Assembly (NCBI GenBank): GCA_036269815.1
Contig: DATBDT010000042.1
Coordinates: 1,731 to 65,730, forward strand
DNA from: Bryobacteraceae bacterium
GTDB taxonomy: Bacteria; Acidobacteriota; Terriglobia; Bryobacterales; Bryobacteraceae
Length of the DNA stretch: 64,000 nt
Reading direction: 5' to 3'
Shown here: positions 20,233 to 30,027 of the stretch, piece by piece
Position numbering within the stretch: position 1 is the stretch's first letter
How the letters are laid out: each line of letters opens with the position of its first letter
Position numbers and translations under genes: made by a program
The notes under the pieces: generated by a model
The model's input: only the letters and a program-made list of their open reading frames with translations
Databases searched by the model: none
Told to the model about the DNA's origin: nothing

Positions 20233-21723
20233 TCAACCTACAGCGCGTTCTTGATCAACCCAAAAACGCTCACGCAGAATCCGTTTTAAGATCTTGCCAG
20301 AGCCGCCTTTCGGCAGCTCGGCATCGGAAAACTCGATGCGCCGCGGAACCTTGTAATTGGCCAGGGATTGCCGGCAGTGAGCGATCAAATCCTCGGCCCT
20401 GAGCACAAATTTCGGCTTCAACATAACGCAGGCTGTCACCAGTTCGCCCCACTGTGGATCCGGTATTCCAAAGACTGCCGCCTCCCGAACTGCGGGATGC
20501 GCGTAAATGACGGCCTCTACCTCGCCGGAGTAAACATTCTCGCCGCCCGTGACAATCATGTCCTTCAACCGATCCACAATGTAGAAATAGCCGTCGCTGT
20601 CTCGATAGCCGATATCTCCAGTGCGAAACAGTCCGTCCCGGAACGCATTTGCGGCCTCCTCTGGACTATTCCAGTAACCACGCAGGACATTTGCGCCTCG
20701 AACCAGCAATTCGCCACGCTCTCCGACTTCCACTTCCTTTCCTGATTCGTCCACGACTCGTAGATCGACACCCGGACAGGTCCGTCCACAGGACACGAGT
20801 CTTTCTTCGGTGTGCTCGGAATCCCGCAGACCGGTTAAGAATCCTGTTTCGGTCAAGCCGTACATCTGAGTCAACCGCACATCGGGGAGAACCGTTCTCG
20901 TCCGGTGGATGAGCTCAGGAGCCATTGGAGATCCGCCGTAAAAGAGTGCTTTGAGGGTGGTTAAATCATATTTCGTCAGCTCTTGGAACTGTGTCAGCAA
21001 ATTGATCATCGTTGGCACGAGAACGGTTTGCGTAACGCGCTCACGTTCCACTGTCTCGCAGAAGTTTATTGGGCTGAATTTTGGCATTGTCACTTGGCAG
21101 GCGCCAAATGCAGGCGCCGCGAAGATCATCGGAAAATCCGCGATGTGAAACATGGGAGCGGCGTGAAGATACACACCGCCCTCGCTGCTGCACATCCAGT
21201 AATTCAGATGATGTACGTTCGCCAGCATCTCCGCATGGGTCAGGACTGCGCCCTTGGGATGCCCAGTTGTACCGCTAGTGTAGATGAGAGCGAGAACGGC
21301 TTCGGGATCGTAAATCGCGTCCGGGTAGCAATCGCTCCGAATATCGAAGGGCTCCTTATCGAGAACCAGTTGCCAGGGAAGCTGTACCGTCGGAATGGAC
21401 ATCGACGAGTGCCGTATCAGACCGCGCGGGCGCGCGTCGGCTAGTACATGATCAATCTCTGTCAGTGAGAGGCGCGTGTTCAATGGAACTACGATGACGC
21501 CGAGCCAGGCACACGCATACACTAACTCGATGTACTCGGGTTCATTCGGGAGGAGAATAGCCAGCCGATCGCCAGCTTGAAAGCCGAGCCTCTTGAGCCT
21601 CGCGGCAATCCCCGCGACGCGATCGTAAAGCTCCCGATACGTCGGACGTGCCCCGTTTGATGTGAACGCGGGCCGCTCCGGGTAATATCGCGCGGCACGG
21701 CCCAAAGAATGTGTATGGATCAT
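20233..21723 (-). CDS. AMP-dependent acyl-CoA synthetase/ligase
   Basis: AMP-binding signature YTSGTTGHPKG, then YGLTE, then TGDIGYRDSDGYFYIVDRLKD. Start set at MIHTHSL (21723). Confidence 0.9.
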   Translation of the reverse strand: MIHTHSLGRAARYYPERPAFTSNGARPTYRELYDRVAGIAARLKRLGFQAGDRLAILLPNEPEYIELVYACAWLGVIVVPLNTRLSLTEIDHVLADARPRGLIRHSSMSIPTVQLPWQLVLDKEPFDIRSDCYPDAIYDPEAVLALIYTSGTTGHPKGAVLTHAEMLANVHHLNYWMCSSEGGVYLHAAPMFHIADFPMIFAAPAFGACQVTMPKFSPINFCETVERERVTQTVLVPTMINLLTQFQELTKYDLTTLKALFYGGSPMAPELIHRTRTVLPDVRLTQMYGLTETGFLTGLRDSEHTEERLVSCGRTCPGVDLRVVDESGKEVEVGERGELLVRGANVLRGYWNSPEEAANAFRDGLFRTGDIGYRDSDGYFYIVDRLKDMIVTGGENVYSGEVEAVIYAHPAVREAAVFGIPDPQWGELVTACVMLKPKFVLRAEDLIAHCRQSLANYKVPRRIEFSDAELPKGGSGKILKRILRERFWVDQERAVG

Positions 21724-21757
21724 TGGATTGTTTCCCACACCACAGGTGCGCAAGCCA

Positions 21758-23092
21758 CTACGCGCATAACAGAGAGCTCATCATCACCAGTGATTCTTCG
21801 AATTCCTCGTTCAACCGATATCGCGCGAGGTCCGCCACCGTGACCATCACAAGGTTGTGTTTCTGGCAGAAGCGGATAAGGTCCGGAAGGCGCGCCATCG
21901 TACCGTCATCATTGACAATCTCGCAGATTACTCCTGCCGGATACAGACCAGCAAGACGGGCAAGATCCACCGCCGCTTCGGTTTGACCTCGTCTTTCCAA
22001 AACACCGCCGTCGCGCGCGCGAAGCGGGAAAACATGTCCCGGCCGTCCAAAATCTTCTGGAGAGCTGCCTACATCAATCGCGGCACGAATTGTTTGTGCG
22101 CGATCGTGAGCCGAAATGCCCGTCGTCACACCATTAGTCTTCACATCAATAGATACCGTGAATGCTGTGCCTCCTGACGCTGTGTTGTTCGGCGTCATGG
22201 GGGCAAGTTCCAACTCGTCGAGTCTCTCGCCGGTCATGGCCACGCAAATCAAACCCCTCCCATGCGTTGCCATAAAGTTGACGGCTTCCGGCGTGATCAG
22301 TTCCGCCGCCATCGTCAGGTCGCCTTCATTCTCACGATCCTCATCATCTACCACCACGATCATGCGGCCTGATTTCAGTTCACGAAGGGCGGTGTCGATA
22401 GTTGCAAATTGGTACTGGTCGTGAGTTAGAGTGTCGGCGCTGTCGTGCCGTCCGAGGCTTAATGTGTGCCCCATTTTTTCCTTCTTGGTTCGCAGGTAGG
22501 TCAGCGAGTGTGGGTTGGGAACGGCTTCGCAGGGGATCTGAGCAATAACCTCAATACCAGCGTCCAGCAGGGCACGAGCCTTTTGCGGATTATTCGAAAG
22601 AAGCCGGACCTGCTTGATGCCAAGGTCATGAAGGATAGCGGCCGGCAAGCCGAAAGTTCTGCTATCCGCCGCAAATCCAAGCGCTTGATCGGCTTCGACT
22701 GTATCGAGACCAGCGTCCTGCAGCGAGTAAGCCTGCAACTTCGCCCTCAACCCGATACCACGCCCTTCCTGATGCTCATAGATCACGAGACCACATCCTT
22801 CCCCGGCAATAGCACGCATAGCTATCTCCAACTGCTCGCTGCAGTCACAGCGAAGCGACCCGAACACCTCGCTAGTGATGCATTGCGAATGGATGCGCAA
22901 GAGCGGAGAGCCTTGTATCGGATCGCCCGAGACAAGTGCAACGGCCGTTTCGACGTGCTCACCCTTTTTGCCGGTGATCTGTTCGAAGCCGATCATGCGA
23001 AAGAGTCCCCAACGACTGGGCAATACCGTTGACGCGACTCGCCGAACACTCTTTTGACAAGCTTGTTTCATCATTCGAGGGTGAAGAGGCAT
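21758..23092 (-). CDS. Bifunctional GTP cyclohydrolase II (N-terminal) / 3,4-dihydroxy-2-butanone-4-phosphate synthase (C-terminal), inverted domain order
   Basis: N-terminal half aligns to E. coli RibA: [14 protein letters not shown]...[19 protein letters not shown]...QEGRGIGL...LLSNNPQK. C-terminal half aligns to RibB: [14 protein letters not shown]...GRPGHVFPL...[16 protein letters not shown]...NDDGTMARL. Confidence 0.9.
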   Translation of the reverse strand: MPLHPRMMKQACQKSVRRVASTVLPSRWGLFRMIGFEQITGKKGEHVETAVALVSGDPIQGSPLLRIHSQCITSEVFGSLRCDCSEQLEIAMRAIAGEGCGLVIYEHQEGRGIGLRAKLQAYSLQDAGLDTVEADQALGFAADSRTFGLPAAILHDLGIKQVRLLSNNPQKARALLDAGIEVIAQIPCEAVPNPHSLTYLRTKKEKMGHTLSLGRHDSADTLTHDQYQFATIDTALRELKSGRMIVVVDDEDRENEGDLTMAAELITPEAVNFMATHGRGLICVAMTGERLDELELAPMTPNNTASGGTAFTVSIDVKTNGVTTGISAHDRAQTIRAAIDVGSSPEDFGRPGHVFPLRARDGGVLERRGQTEAAVDLARLAGLYPAGVICEIVNDDGTMARLPDLIRFCQKHNLVMVTVADLARYRLNEEFEESLVMMSSLLCA

Positions 23093-23123
23093 CGCTCTCC
23101 TGCTGTCCTTTCGGCTGATTGCA

Positions 23124-23918
23124 TCAAGAAATCGTTTGGGCCGGTATCGGTTCCGTCGTTCTGGTGAAGTCCGGCCGGCGCTTTTCGAAAAACGCCGTGA
23201 TTGCTTCTTTAGCGTCGACGGAGTGCAGTCGCGCTAGAAACTCATCCATCTCCGCATCCACTGCATGCTCAGTTGGCTCGCGTAAAGACCGCCTCAACAA
23301 CTTCTTGCACGCCCGCATTGCGCTCGCTGGTTTCTGTGCCAGCTTCTGAGCGGTTTCTGTGGCCGTGTCCAGCAGATTCCGGTCAGGCACGACTGCGGTT
23401 ACGAACCCAAGCTGAGCTGCTCGAGTGGCATCGAAGGGCTGACCCAACAGAATTAGCTCTGTTGCGCGGAGATACCCAGTCAACCGTGGAACGGAGTAAC
23501 TAGTTCCAAATTCCGGTACCAGGGCAAGGTTGATGAAAGGCATCTGGAATTTCGCGCTCTCGCTAGCGTAGACAAAGTCACAGTAGGTGAGCATCGTGGT
23601 TCCGGACCCGATTGCCGCGCCGTGTACTGCAGCCACCAACGGCTTGTCAAAGTTGAGCAGCGCACGGATTAACTGAGCCTGTGGATTGTCGCCGGATCCC
23701 GGAGGATTCTTCAAGAAATCCTGGAGATCATTACCCGCCGTGAACGAGTCCCCCGCACCATGCAGGAGCGCGACTCGAATGCCGTCGTCTGTTCCGGCAC
23801 CATTGAGCAGGTCCGCCAAGCCCGCGTACATGCCGGCAGTCATCGCGTTCTTCTTGGTGGGTCGATTGAATTGAATTCGCAGGATAGGTCCTGAACGTTC
23901 GCTGACGATTTCGCTCAT
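23124..23918 (-). CDS. Enoyl-CoA hydratase/isomerase (crotonase) family protein
   Basis: Crotonase fold motifs: [34 protein letters not shown]. Its ATG overlaps the upstream stop (ATGA). Confidence 0.9.
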   Translation of the reverse strand: MSEIVSERSGPILRIQFNRPTKKNAMTAGMYAGLADLLNGAGTDDGIRVALLHGAGDSFTAGNDLQDFLKNPPGSGDNPQAQLIRALLNFDKPLVAAVHGAAIGSGTTMLTYCDFVYASESAKFQMPFINLALVPEFGTSYSVPRLTGYLRATELILLGQPFDATRAAQLGFVTAVVPDRNLLDTATETAQKLAQKPASAMRACKKLLRRSLREPTEHAVDAEMDEFLARLHSVDAKEAITAFFEKRRPDFTRTTEPIPAQTIS

Positions 23919-25165
23919 CGTGGCGACTCCGTGGTTGCCGGTTCCAAATGCAATGCGTTCGGAATGGCGCCGCTCACATGCAAGCTTTCAATTTCCTTTA
24001 CGCCGAAGCCCAGCTCTTCGAGAATCTCCGCGTTGTGTTCTCCGATTTCCGGTGCGCGCTTCGCGGGCACTTTCGCGATACCGTGCACCTGCAGGGGGCT
24101 GCTGATAGTGGAGTTCAGATTCTCTGCGGCGCCTTCGAGTGGCACGACTATCTCATTCGCCTGGAGCTGCGGATCTTTGACGACTTCGTTCGGAGCGTGA
24201 ACGACGCCGTATGTTAGGTGACCTTGATCGAAGACTTCCCGCCAGTGCGACATTGGTTGTGAGCCAAACGCCTGGTCCAAAATGGCCGTGAGGTCCGTGG
24301 CATTCGCCATCTGTTTTGCCGGGTCGGCAAATCGCGCGTCAGTCAATAGATCCGGGCGGCCAATTGCCTTCGTCAGAGCGGGCCATTTGTCCGGTGTGAG
24401 GACGATTAAGAACCACTTTTCATCCGATGCTCGATATACATTGAGGATTGGATTCGGCGGCTTCAGACGATCATGCAAGGGAAAGAACGTCGCATCGCAA
24501 AGCGCGGCCTGCAGGAAAACGGCGCAGGACCAGACTCCCCCAGCCAGAAGTGACGTCGTGACATACGAACCCTTTCCGGTGCGCTCGCGCCGATAGAGGC
24601 CAGTGACGATGGCGGAATACAAAGTAACCCCGGTTGCATGGTCTCCGCTTCCGGCCGGTGGGAGGGTAGGCGGCGCGCCTGCATCCCGGGTCAGGGACAA
24701 CAAGCCGGATCTGGCCCAATATGCTGTGATATCAAATCCAGGAAGGTCGGCGTCGGGTCCCTTTTCGCCGTAGCCAGTCAGGTCCGCATAAATGAGGCGC
24801 GGATTCCACTGCGCAACGTCCTCGTACGCGAGCTTCAGCCGTTTACGCGCCGGATGCGGCGTATTAACGATAAGCACGTCAGCCCATTTAACGAGCCGTT
24901 CCAGAATCTCCACCGCGTGCGGAGATTTCAGATCCAGTGACAGTCCCCGCTTATTGCGATTGTTCAAGTGCCATAGATAGTTCTCGTGGGACCGCGGTTG
25001 AGGCGGAATCTTATAGACGATTCTGTATGCATCGCCCGTGGGGGGTTCGACTTTGATCACGTCAGCGCCAAAATCGGACAAGATCACCGCAGCCGAGGGC
25101 CCAGCGATAAAACTCGACAGGTCCACGACCTTCAATCCCGAAAAGATATTTTCAGTTGTCATCAA
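23915..25165 (-). CDS. Family III (CaiB/BaiF) CoA-transferase
   Basis: LKVVDLSSFIAGPSAAVILSDFGADVIKVEPPTGD is the canonical N-terminal block. Confidence 0.9.
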   Translation of the reverse strand: MMTTENIFSGLKVVDLSSFIAGPSAAVILSDFGADVIKVEPPTGDAYRIVYKIPPQPRSHENYLWHLNNRNKRGLSLDLKSPHAVEILERLVKWADVLIVNTPHPARKRLKLAYEDVAQWNPRLIYADLTGYGEKGPDADLPGFDITAYWARSGLLSLTRDAGAPPTLPPAGSGDHATGVTLYSAIVTGLYRRERTGKGSYVTTSLLAGGVWSCAVFLQAALCDATFFPLHDRLKPPNPILNVYRASDEKWFLIVLTPDKWPALTKAIGRPDLLTDARFADPAKQMANATDLTAILDQAFGSQPMSHWREVFDQGHLTYGVVHAPNEVVKDPQLQANEIVVPLEGAAENLNSTISSPLQVHGIAKVPAKRAPEIGEHNAEILEELGFGVKEIESLHVSGAIPNALHLEPATTESPR

Positions 25166-25289
25166 ATCTCCCCTTCTCTGAGAAACCCGCGCAAAACGGG
25201 CACGGTGTTAAGCGTGCCCCGCAAAGAGCAGCGGGTTCTTCCCTGTCTCGGGGCACGCAGCCGTGCCCTTTGCGCTTCTAAATCCCTCT

Positions 25290-26090
25290 TCACCGCCCTT
25301 GAAATTGCGCCGCGCGCTTTTCAAGGAATGCGGACGTTCCTTCTTTCTTGTCTTCGGTTGCGGCGCAGAGCCCAAAGAAAGATGCTTCGAGCGACAAGCC
25401 TTCGGCCTGGCTCGTCTCCGATCCCTTGTTCACCGCCTCGAGCGAATAGCGAACGGCGAGGGGGGCGTTGGCAAAAATCTGTTTCAAAATCGTCTCGGCA
25501 CGTGAGATGAGATCCGCGGCGGGAACAACTTCGTTGACCAGGCCAATGCGAAGAGCTTCGGCTGCATTAATGGTCTCTCCGGAAAGGATGAGCTGCAGTG
25601 CCCGGCCCTTCCCGACCAGTCTGGGCAAGCGCTGCGTTCCGCCTCCACCGGGAAGAAGACCCAATTTAACTTCGGGCTGCCCGAACTTTGCATTCTCGGC
25701 GGCAATTCTGATGGTGCAGGCCATAGCAGTTTCGCAACCGCCGCCAAGCGCGAAGCCGTTGACTGCGGCGATCACAGGCTTACCCAGATTCTCGACAAGG
25801 TTCAGGACCGCTTGTCCAAAACTGCTGGCTTGTTCTGCTTCAACTGCGGTGACGTGAGCTAGCTCGCTGATGTCCGCGCCGGCGATGAAAGCCTTGTCGC
25901 CTGCACCTGTCAGAATCGCGCCGCGGACATCAGCGTCATTCCGCACTTCTTCAAAAGCTGTTCGCAAGTCCCCCCAGGTGCGGCTATTCAGGGCATTGAG
26001 AACCTTCGGACGATTCACCGTCACATAAGCGATGGCGCCCTTCTTCTCGTACAAAACGTTTTCGAGTATTTGAGCTGTCGACGTACCCAT
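25290..26090 (-). CDS. Enoyl-CoA hydratase (short-chain crotonase-like)
   Basis: VTVNRPKVLNALN, GAGDKAFIAGADI, AAVNGFALGGGCE. Start trimmed to MGTSTAQ (26090). Confidence 0.9.
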   Translation of the reverse strand: MGTSTAQILENVLYEKKGAIAYVTVNRPKVLNALNSRTWGDLRTAFEEVRNDADVRGAILTGAGDKAFIAGADISELAHVTAVEAEQASSFGQAVLNLVENLGKPVIAAVNGFALGGGCETAMACTIRIAAENAKFGQPEVKLGLLPGGGGTQRLPRLVGKGRALQLILSGETINAAEALRIGLVNEVVPAADLISRAETILKQIFANAPLAVRYSLEAVNKGSETSQAEGLSLEASFFGLCAATEDKKEGTSAFLEKRAAQFQGR

Positions 26091-26431
26091 AATGCCTGAT
26101 AGAGCAAGACGGATACCAAATGCACTGACGTGGTTCAACATGATGCATTCGAACTCTAATCGTCGAAGCGGGCATGGGTTATCAACTGTAACTCGAACGA
26201 GCTTGTGGCATATTCCGGTCCACGATCCTATGCATCGCCATTTTGGCGTGCCATTGTGCGTCACGTTCGTCACGCTGGTGATGCTTGAGCTCCAAAAACC
26301 GTGTAAACAATCCGCCAATCACAAAAATCCGTTTCGCACCGCCGCCTTTCGCGTTGGCAAGGCAAGTGCACATATCCAGACGGACGAGCCATCGCTCAAA
26401 CGAGTAAGCCTCGGCAAAGGAGAAAAGACAC

Positions 26432-27400
26432 ATGAGTTCAGACAAAGCAATACGACGTATTGCCATTGTTGGAACCGGCGTAATCGGCGCAAGCTGGGCG
26501 GCAGAGTTTCTGGCGCGGGGCTTCGATGTGGTTGCGACGGATCCGGCGCCGAATGCGGAAGAGAATCTGCGCAAATACATCGATGAAGCCTGGCCGGCGC
26601 TCACTGCCCTGGGCTTGTCGCCTAAAGGATCACGCGAGCGACTCAGCTTCACTCGAGACCTGAAAACAGCCGTGTCGGAGGCGGATTTGGTGCAGGAGAA
26701 CGGCCCCGAGCGACCCGACTTCAAGATCAAGTTGTTTGCCGATCTCGACACAGCTACCCCTGCTGATTCGATCATCGCCTCAAGTTCATCCGGTCTTACC
26801 ATGACCGTGATCCAATCCGGTTGCAGCCGTCCCGAACGCTGCGTCATCGGGCATCCGTTTAATCCTCCACACATGATTCCGTTGGTGGAGATAGTTGGAG
26901 GCGCAAAGACATCGCCGGAAACGGTTCGTCGGGCGATTGAGTTTTATGCCTCGATCGGCAAGAAGCCCATCCATCTTCATAAGGAAGTGGTCGGTCACGT
27001 TGCGAATCGGCTACAGGCCGCGCTCTATCGGGAGGTGGTCAACCTCATTCATCTGGGCGTCCTGGACGTCGCGGATGCCGACACGGCCGTGTGCTGGGGA
27101 CCTGGACTGCGCTGGGGAGTCATGGGGCCTAATCTGCTCTTTCATTTGGGTGGCGGTCAAGGCGGAATTCGGCATTTCATGGAACACCTTTCCGGCCCGC
27201 TGGCGACGTGGTGGAAAGACCTTGGCAGCTTCACCGATTGGCCGGAGGAAAGCAAGCAAACCATCATTGACGGTACGCTGCAAGAGGCCGGAGAACGTAC
27301 CCTGGAGCAGTTAGCTGAGACCCGCGACGAAGTCCTGCTGGGCCTTCTGCAACTCCGTGCCAAGTACACCGAGGCGTCCGAACCCGTTCCTGCGTTTTGA
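26432..27400 (+). CDS. 3-hydroxyacyl-CoA dehydrogenase family protein (L-carnitine dehydrogenase / lambda-crystallin-like)
   Basis: Rossmann motif IAIVGTGVIGASWA. RBS AAAGGAGAA lies 7 nt before the ATG. The C-terminal domain is typical of HADH. Confidence 0.85.
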   Translation: MSSDKAIRRIAIVGTGVIGASWAAEFLARGFDVVATDPAPNAEENLRKYIDEAWPALTALGLSPKGSRERLSFTRDLKTAVSEADLVQENGPERPDFKIKLFADLDTATPADSIIASSSSGLTMTVIQSGCSRPERCVIGHPFNPPHMIPLVEIVGGAKTSPETVRRAIEFYASIGKKPIHLHKEVVGHVANRLQAALYREVVNLIHLGVLDVADADTAVCWGPGLRWGVMGPNLLFHLGGGQGGIRHFMEHLSGPLATWWKDLGSFTDWPEESKQTIIDGTLQEAGERTLEQLAETRDEVLLGLLQLRAKYTEASEPVPAF

Positions 27401-27415
27401 AAGAACGGCCGCATT

Positions 27416-28741
27416 ATGCCTGAGAGCACACCTCGTGTAGTCATAGTCGGGGGCGGGTTTGGCGGCTTAGCGGCCGCAAGGGCGCTCGCAAATACTCCGG
27501 CGCAAATCGTCTTGATCGATCGCGCGAATCATCACCTCTTTCAGCCGCTGCTCTACCAGGTAGCGACATCGGTGCTCACGCCTGCGCAAATAGGCTCGCC
27601 GATCCGGAACATTCTTCGAAAACAGCAGAACACAACGGTGATCATGGGTGAAGTTACGGGCGTAAATAAGGAGGAAAAGTATATATCGGTCAACTCGTCC
27701 GACCGGACGAACGTGCCGATTACTTACGATTTCCTCGTGTTGGCAACTGGAGCAACTCACAGTTACTTCGGGCACAACGAATTCGAGAGATTTGCGCCGG
27801 GACTGAAAAGCCTGGCCGACGCGGTCGCGGTCCGCAACAAGATCCTGGCGGCGTTCGAGCAGGCGGAAGCGGAAGAAGATCCGACCCGTCACCAGAATCT
27901 CCTCACGTTTGTGCTGGTAGGCGCAGGCCCTACGGGAGTGGAAATGGCCAGCGCCATAGCACTATTCGTCCGCAGCAGTTTGAAATCGGAGTTCCGGCGC
28001 ATCAATCCTGAATCGGCACGCGTGGTCCTGCTCGATATGTCGCCGCGTGTGCTTGGACCGTTTGCAGAGGTGCTGTCACAGGCCGCCAAAAAACGGCTCG
28101 AAAGCCTGGGCGTGGAGGTGAGGCTAGGACACGGCGCCGATCAGATCGACGCCGACGGGGTGATCGTCGCCGGCGAACGCATTTTCAGCAAGACAGTGAT
28201 TTGGACGGCTGGAGTGACTCCATCACCAGCGGGCAAATGGCTGCAAGTGGGCACCGATCGCGCGGGGCGGGTTCGGATTGAAAAGGACGTTTCAGTGCCG
28301 GGTTATCCGGAAATTTTTGTGGTCGGCGATACCGCGTCGCTCGATCAGGATGGAAAGCCATTAGCGGGTGTCGCGCAGGTCGCGATGCAGCAGGGGCGCT
28401 ACGCCGGGCGAGTCATTGATCGGCGCATTACCGGCCAGTCGCCTCCCGCGCCATTTCGTTATTTCGATAAAGGCACGATGGCGGTTGTCGGCAAGGGCTT
28501 CGCGGTCTTGCAGACCGGCAAAATCCACATCACCGGTTTACTGGCGTGGCTTGCGTGGGCCGCCGTGCACCTGCAGTTCCTGGCGCAAGGCAGCCTTCGC
28601 GTGAGTGTCTTCTTGCAATGGGTGTGGACCTATGTTACCGGACAGCGTGGCTCGCGCCTGATTGTAAATCACCATAGCGCCGAACCAGCACAGCCGGTAA
28701 TCGAGCAAGAACACTTAGCATTGACAACTTCGAGTAAGTAA
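27416..28741 (+). CDS. Type II NADH:quinone oxidoreductase-like (NDH-2) FAD flavoprotein
   Basis: VVIVGGGFGGLAAA and VLVGAGPTGVEMA dinucleotide motifs, with C-terminal amphipathic/TM segments. Confidence 0.85.
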   Translation: MPESTPRVVIVGGGFGGLAAARALANTPAQIVLIDRANHHLFQPLLYQVATSVLTPAQIGSPIRNILRKQQNTTVIMGEVTGVNKEEKYISVNSSDRTNVPITYDFLVLATGATHSYFGHNEFERFAPGLKSLADAVAVRNKILAAFEQAEAEEDPTRHQNLLTFVLVGAGPTGVEMASAIALFVRSSLKSEFRRINPESARVVLLDMSPRVLGPFAEVLSQAAKKRLESLGVEVRLGHGADQIDADGVIVAGERIFSKTVIWTAGVTPSPAGKWLQVGTDRAGRVRIEKDVSVPGYPEIFVVGDTASLDQDGKPLAGVAQVAMQQGRYAGRVIDRRITGQSPPAPFRYFDKGTMAVVGKGFAVLQTGKIHITGLLAWLAWAAVHLQFLAQGSLRVSVFLQWVWTYVTGQRGSRLIVNHHSAEPAQPVIEQEHLALTTSSK

Positions 28742-28760
28742 GAGTTCAAGGAGAAAAGAA

Positions 28761-29999
28761 ATGGGCACGACTGTAGCAGAAGCTCCCGCGACGAAACCAA
28801 AGCCGAATGGCCAGGCCGCCGCCTTACCCAAGCCAGACGGCGATTTTTATCAAGTGACCGATTGCCTGAGCGAGGGGGATCGCGACCTGCTCAAGCGCGT
28901 ACGTGGGTTCATGGAGACCAACGTGGCGCCGATCATAAACCAATACTGGGCTGACGATTCGTTTCCTTTCGATATTCTGCCCGGCATCCGCGATCTCAAG
29001 ATCGCCGGCGCCGGTTATGAAGGCTACGGCTGCGCGGGTGGCAGCACGCTGCTTGCCGGATTCATCGCATTGGAGATTGCGCGAGTCGACTGCTCCTGCG
29101 CCACGTTTTTCGGCGTCCACAGCGGCTTGGCCATGGGCTCAATTTTTTTGTGCGGATCGAAAGAGCAAAAGCAGAAATGGCTGCCGCCCATGGCACGCCT
29201 GGAGAAGATCGGCTCATTCGGCTTGACAGAGCCTCTCGTCGGTTCGGGATCGTCGGGTGGACTCCTGACGACGGCCAGGCGAGAAGGCGACAGCTGGGTG
29301 CTGAATGGCCAGAAGAAGTGGATCGGCAACGCAACGTGGGGCGACGTAACCATCATCTGGGCACGCGACGTGGCCGACAACCAGGTGAAAGGCTTCATCG
29401 TAGAGAACAAAAACACACCGGGCTTTAAGGCGGAAAAAATCCAACATAAGATGGCTCTCCGCGTAGTCCAGAACGCGCTGATCACACTCGAAAACTGCCG
29501 GGTTCCGGAAGAAAACCGGCTCCAGGTAGACACTTCTTTCCGCGACACTGCCCGAGTCTTGCGTATGACAAGAGCGTTCGTCGCCTGGGAGGCAGTTGGT
29601 TGCGCAATCGGCGCGTATGAGCATGCACTGTCGTACGCCCAGACACGTGAGCAATTCGGCAAACCCATCGCCAAATTCCAGCTCGTCCAGGATTTGCTTG
29701 TCAAGATGCTGGGCAACATCACCGCCTCACTCTGCATGGTGGTGCGCCTGTCAGAAATGCAAGACCAGGGCAAGCTCAAAGACGAGCATGCCTCGCTGGC
29801 AAAGGCGTTCTGCACGGTGAAGATGCGCGAGACCGTCGGCTTCGCCCGAGAATTGCTCGGAGCCAACGGGATTCTGTTGGATCACGAGATCGGGCGCTTT
29901 GTTGCCGATGCCGAAGCTATCTACTCCTACGAGGGCACGCGTGAGATGAACACCCTCATCGTTGGTAAGGCCATCACGGGCTTTGGCGCGTTTGTTTAA
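28761..29999 (+). CDS. Acyl-CoA dehydrogenase, glutaryl-CoA dehydrogenase-like
   Basis: GSFGLTEP...KKWIGNA...YEGTREMNTLIVGKAITG follows the ACAD/GCDH pattern. Confidence 0.9.
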   Translation: MGTTVAEAPATKPKPNGQAAALPKPDGDFYQVTDCLSEGDRDLLKRVRGFMETNVAPIINQYWADDSFPFDILPGIRDLKIAGAGYEGYGCAGGSTLLAGFIALEIARVDCSCATFFGVHSGLAMGSIFLCGSKEQKQKWLPPMARLEKIGSFGLTEPLVGSGSSGGLLTTARREGDSWVLNGQKKWIGNATWGDVTIIWARDVADNQVKGFIVENKNTPGFKAEKIQHKMALRVVQNALITLENCRVPEENRLQVDTSFRDTARVLRMTRAFVAWEAVGCAIGAYEHALSYAQTREQFGKPIAKFQLVQDLLVKMLGNITASLCMVVRLSEMQDQGKLKDEHASLAKAFCTVKMRETVGFARELLGANGILLDHEIGRFVADAEAIYSYEGTREMNTLIVGKAITGFGAFV

Positions 30000-30027
30000 C
30001 ACTCTATCTCTGATAAGGAAGCTAATA

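Noticed and set aside
23093-23123. Looked for an FMN riboswitch upstream of the RibA-RibB fusion.
   Set aside because: The gap to the preceding gene is only 31 nt, far too short for an FMN aptamer.
26133-26154. Imperfect palindrome GTTCAACATGATGCATTCGAAC in the divergent promoter region of the acyl-CoA operons, considered as a possible operator.
   Set aside because: Only the outer 4 bp and one or two inner positions are symmetric, there is no second copy, and no regulator gene is present in the cluster.
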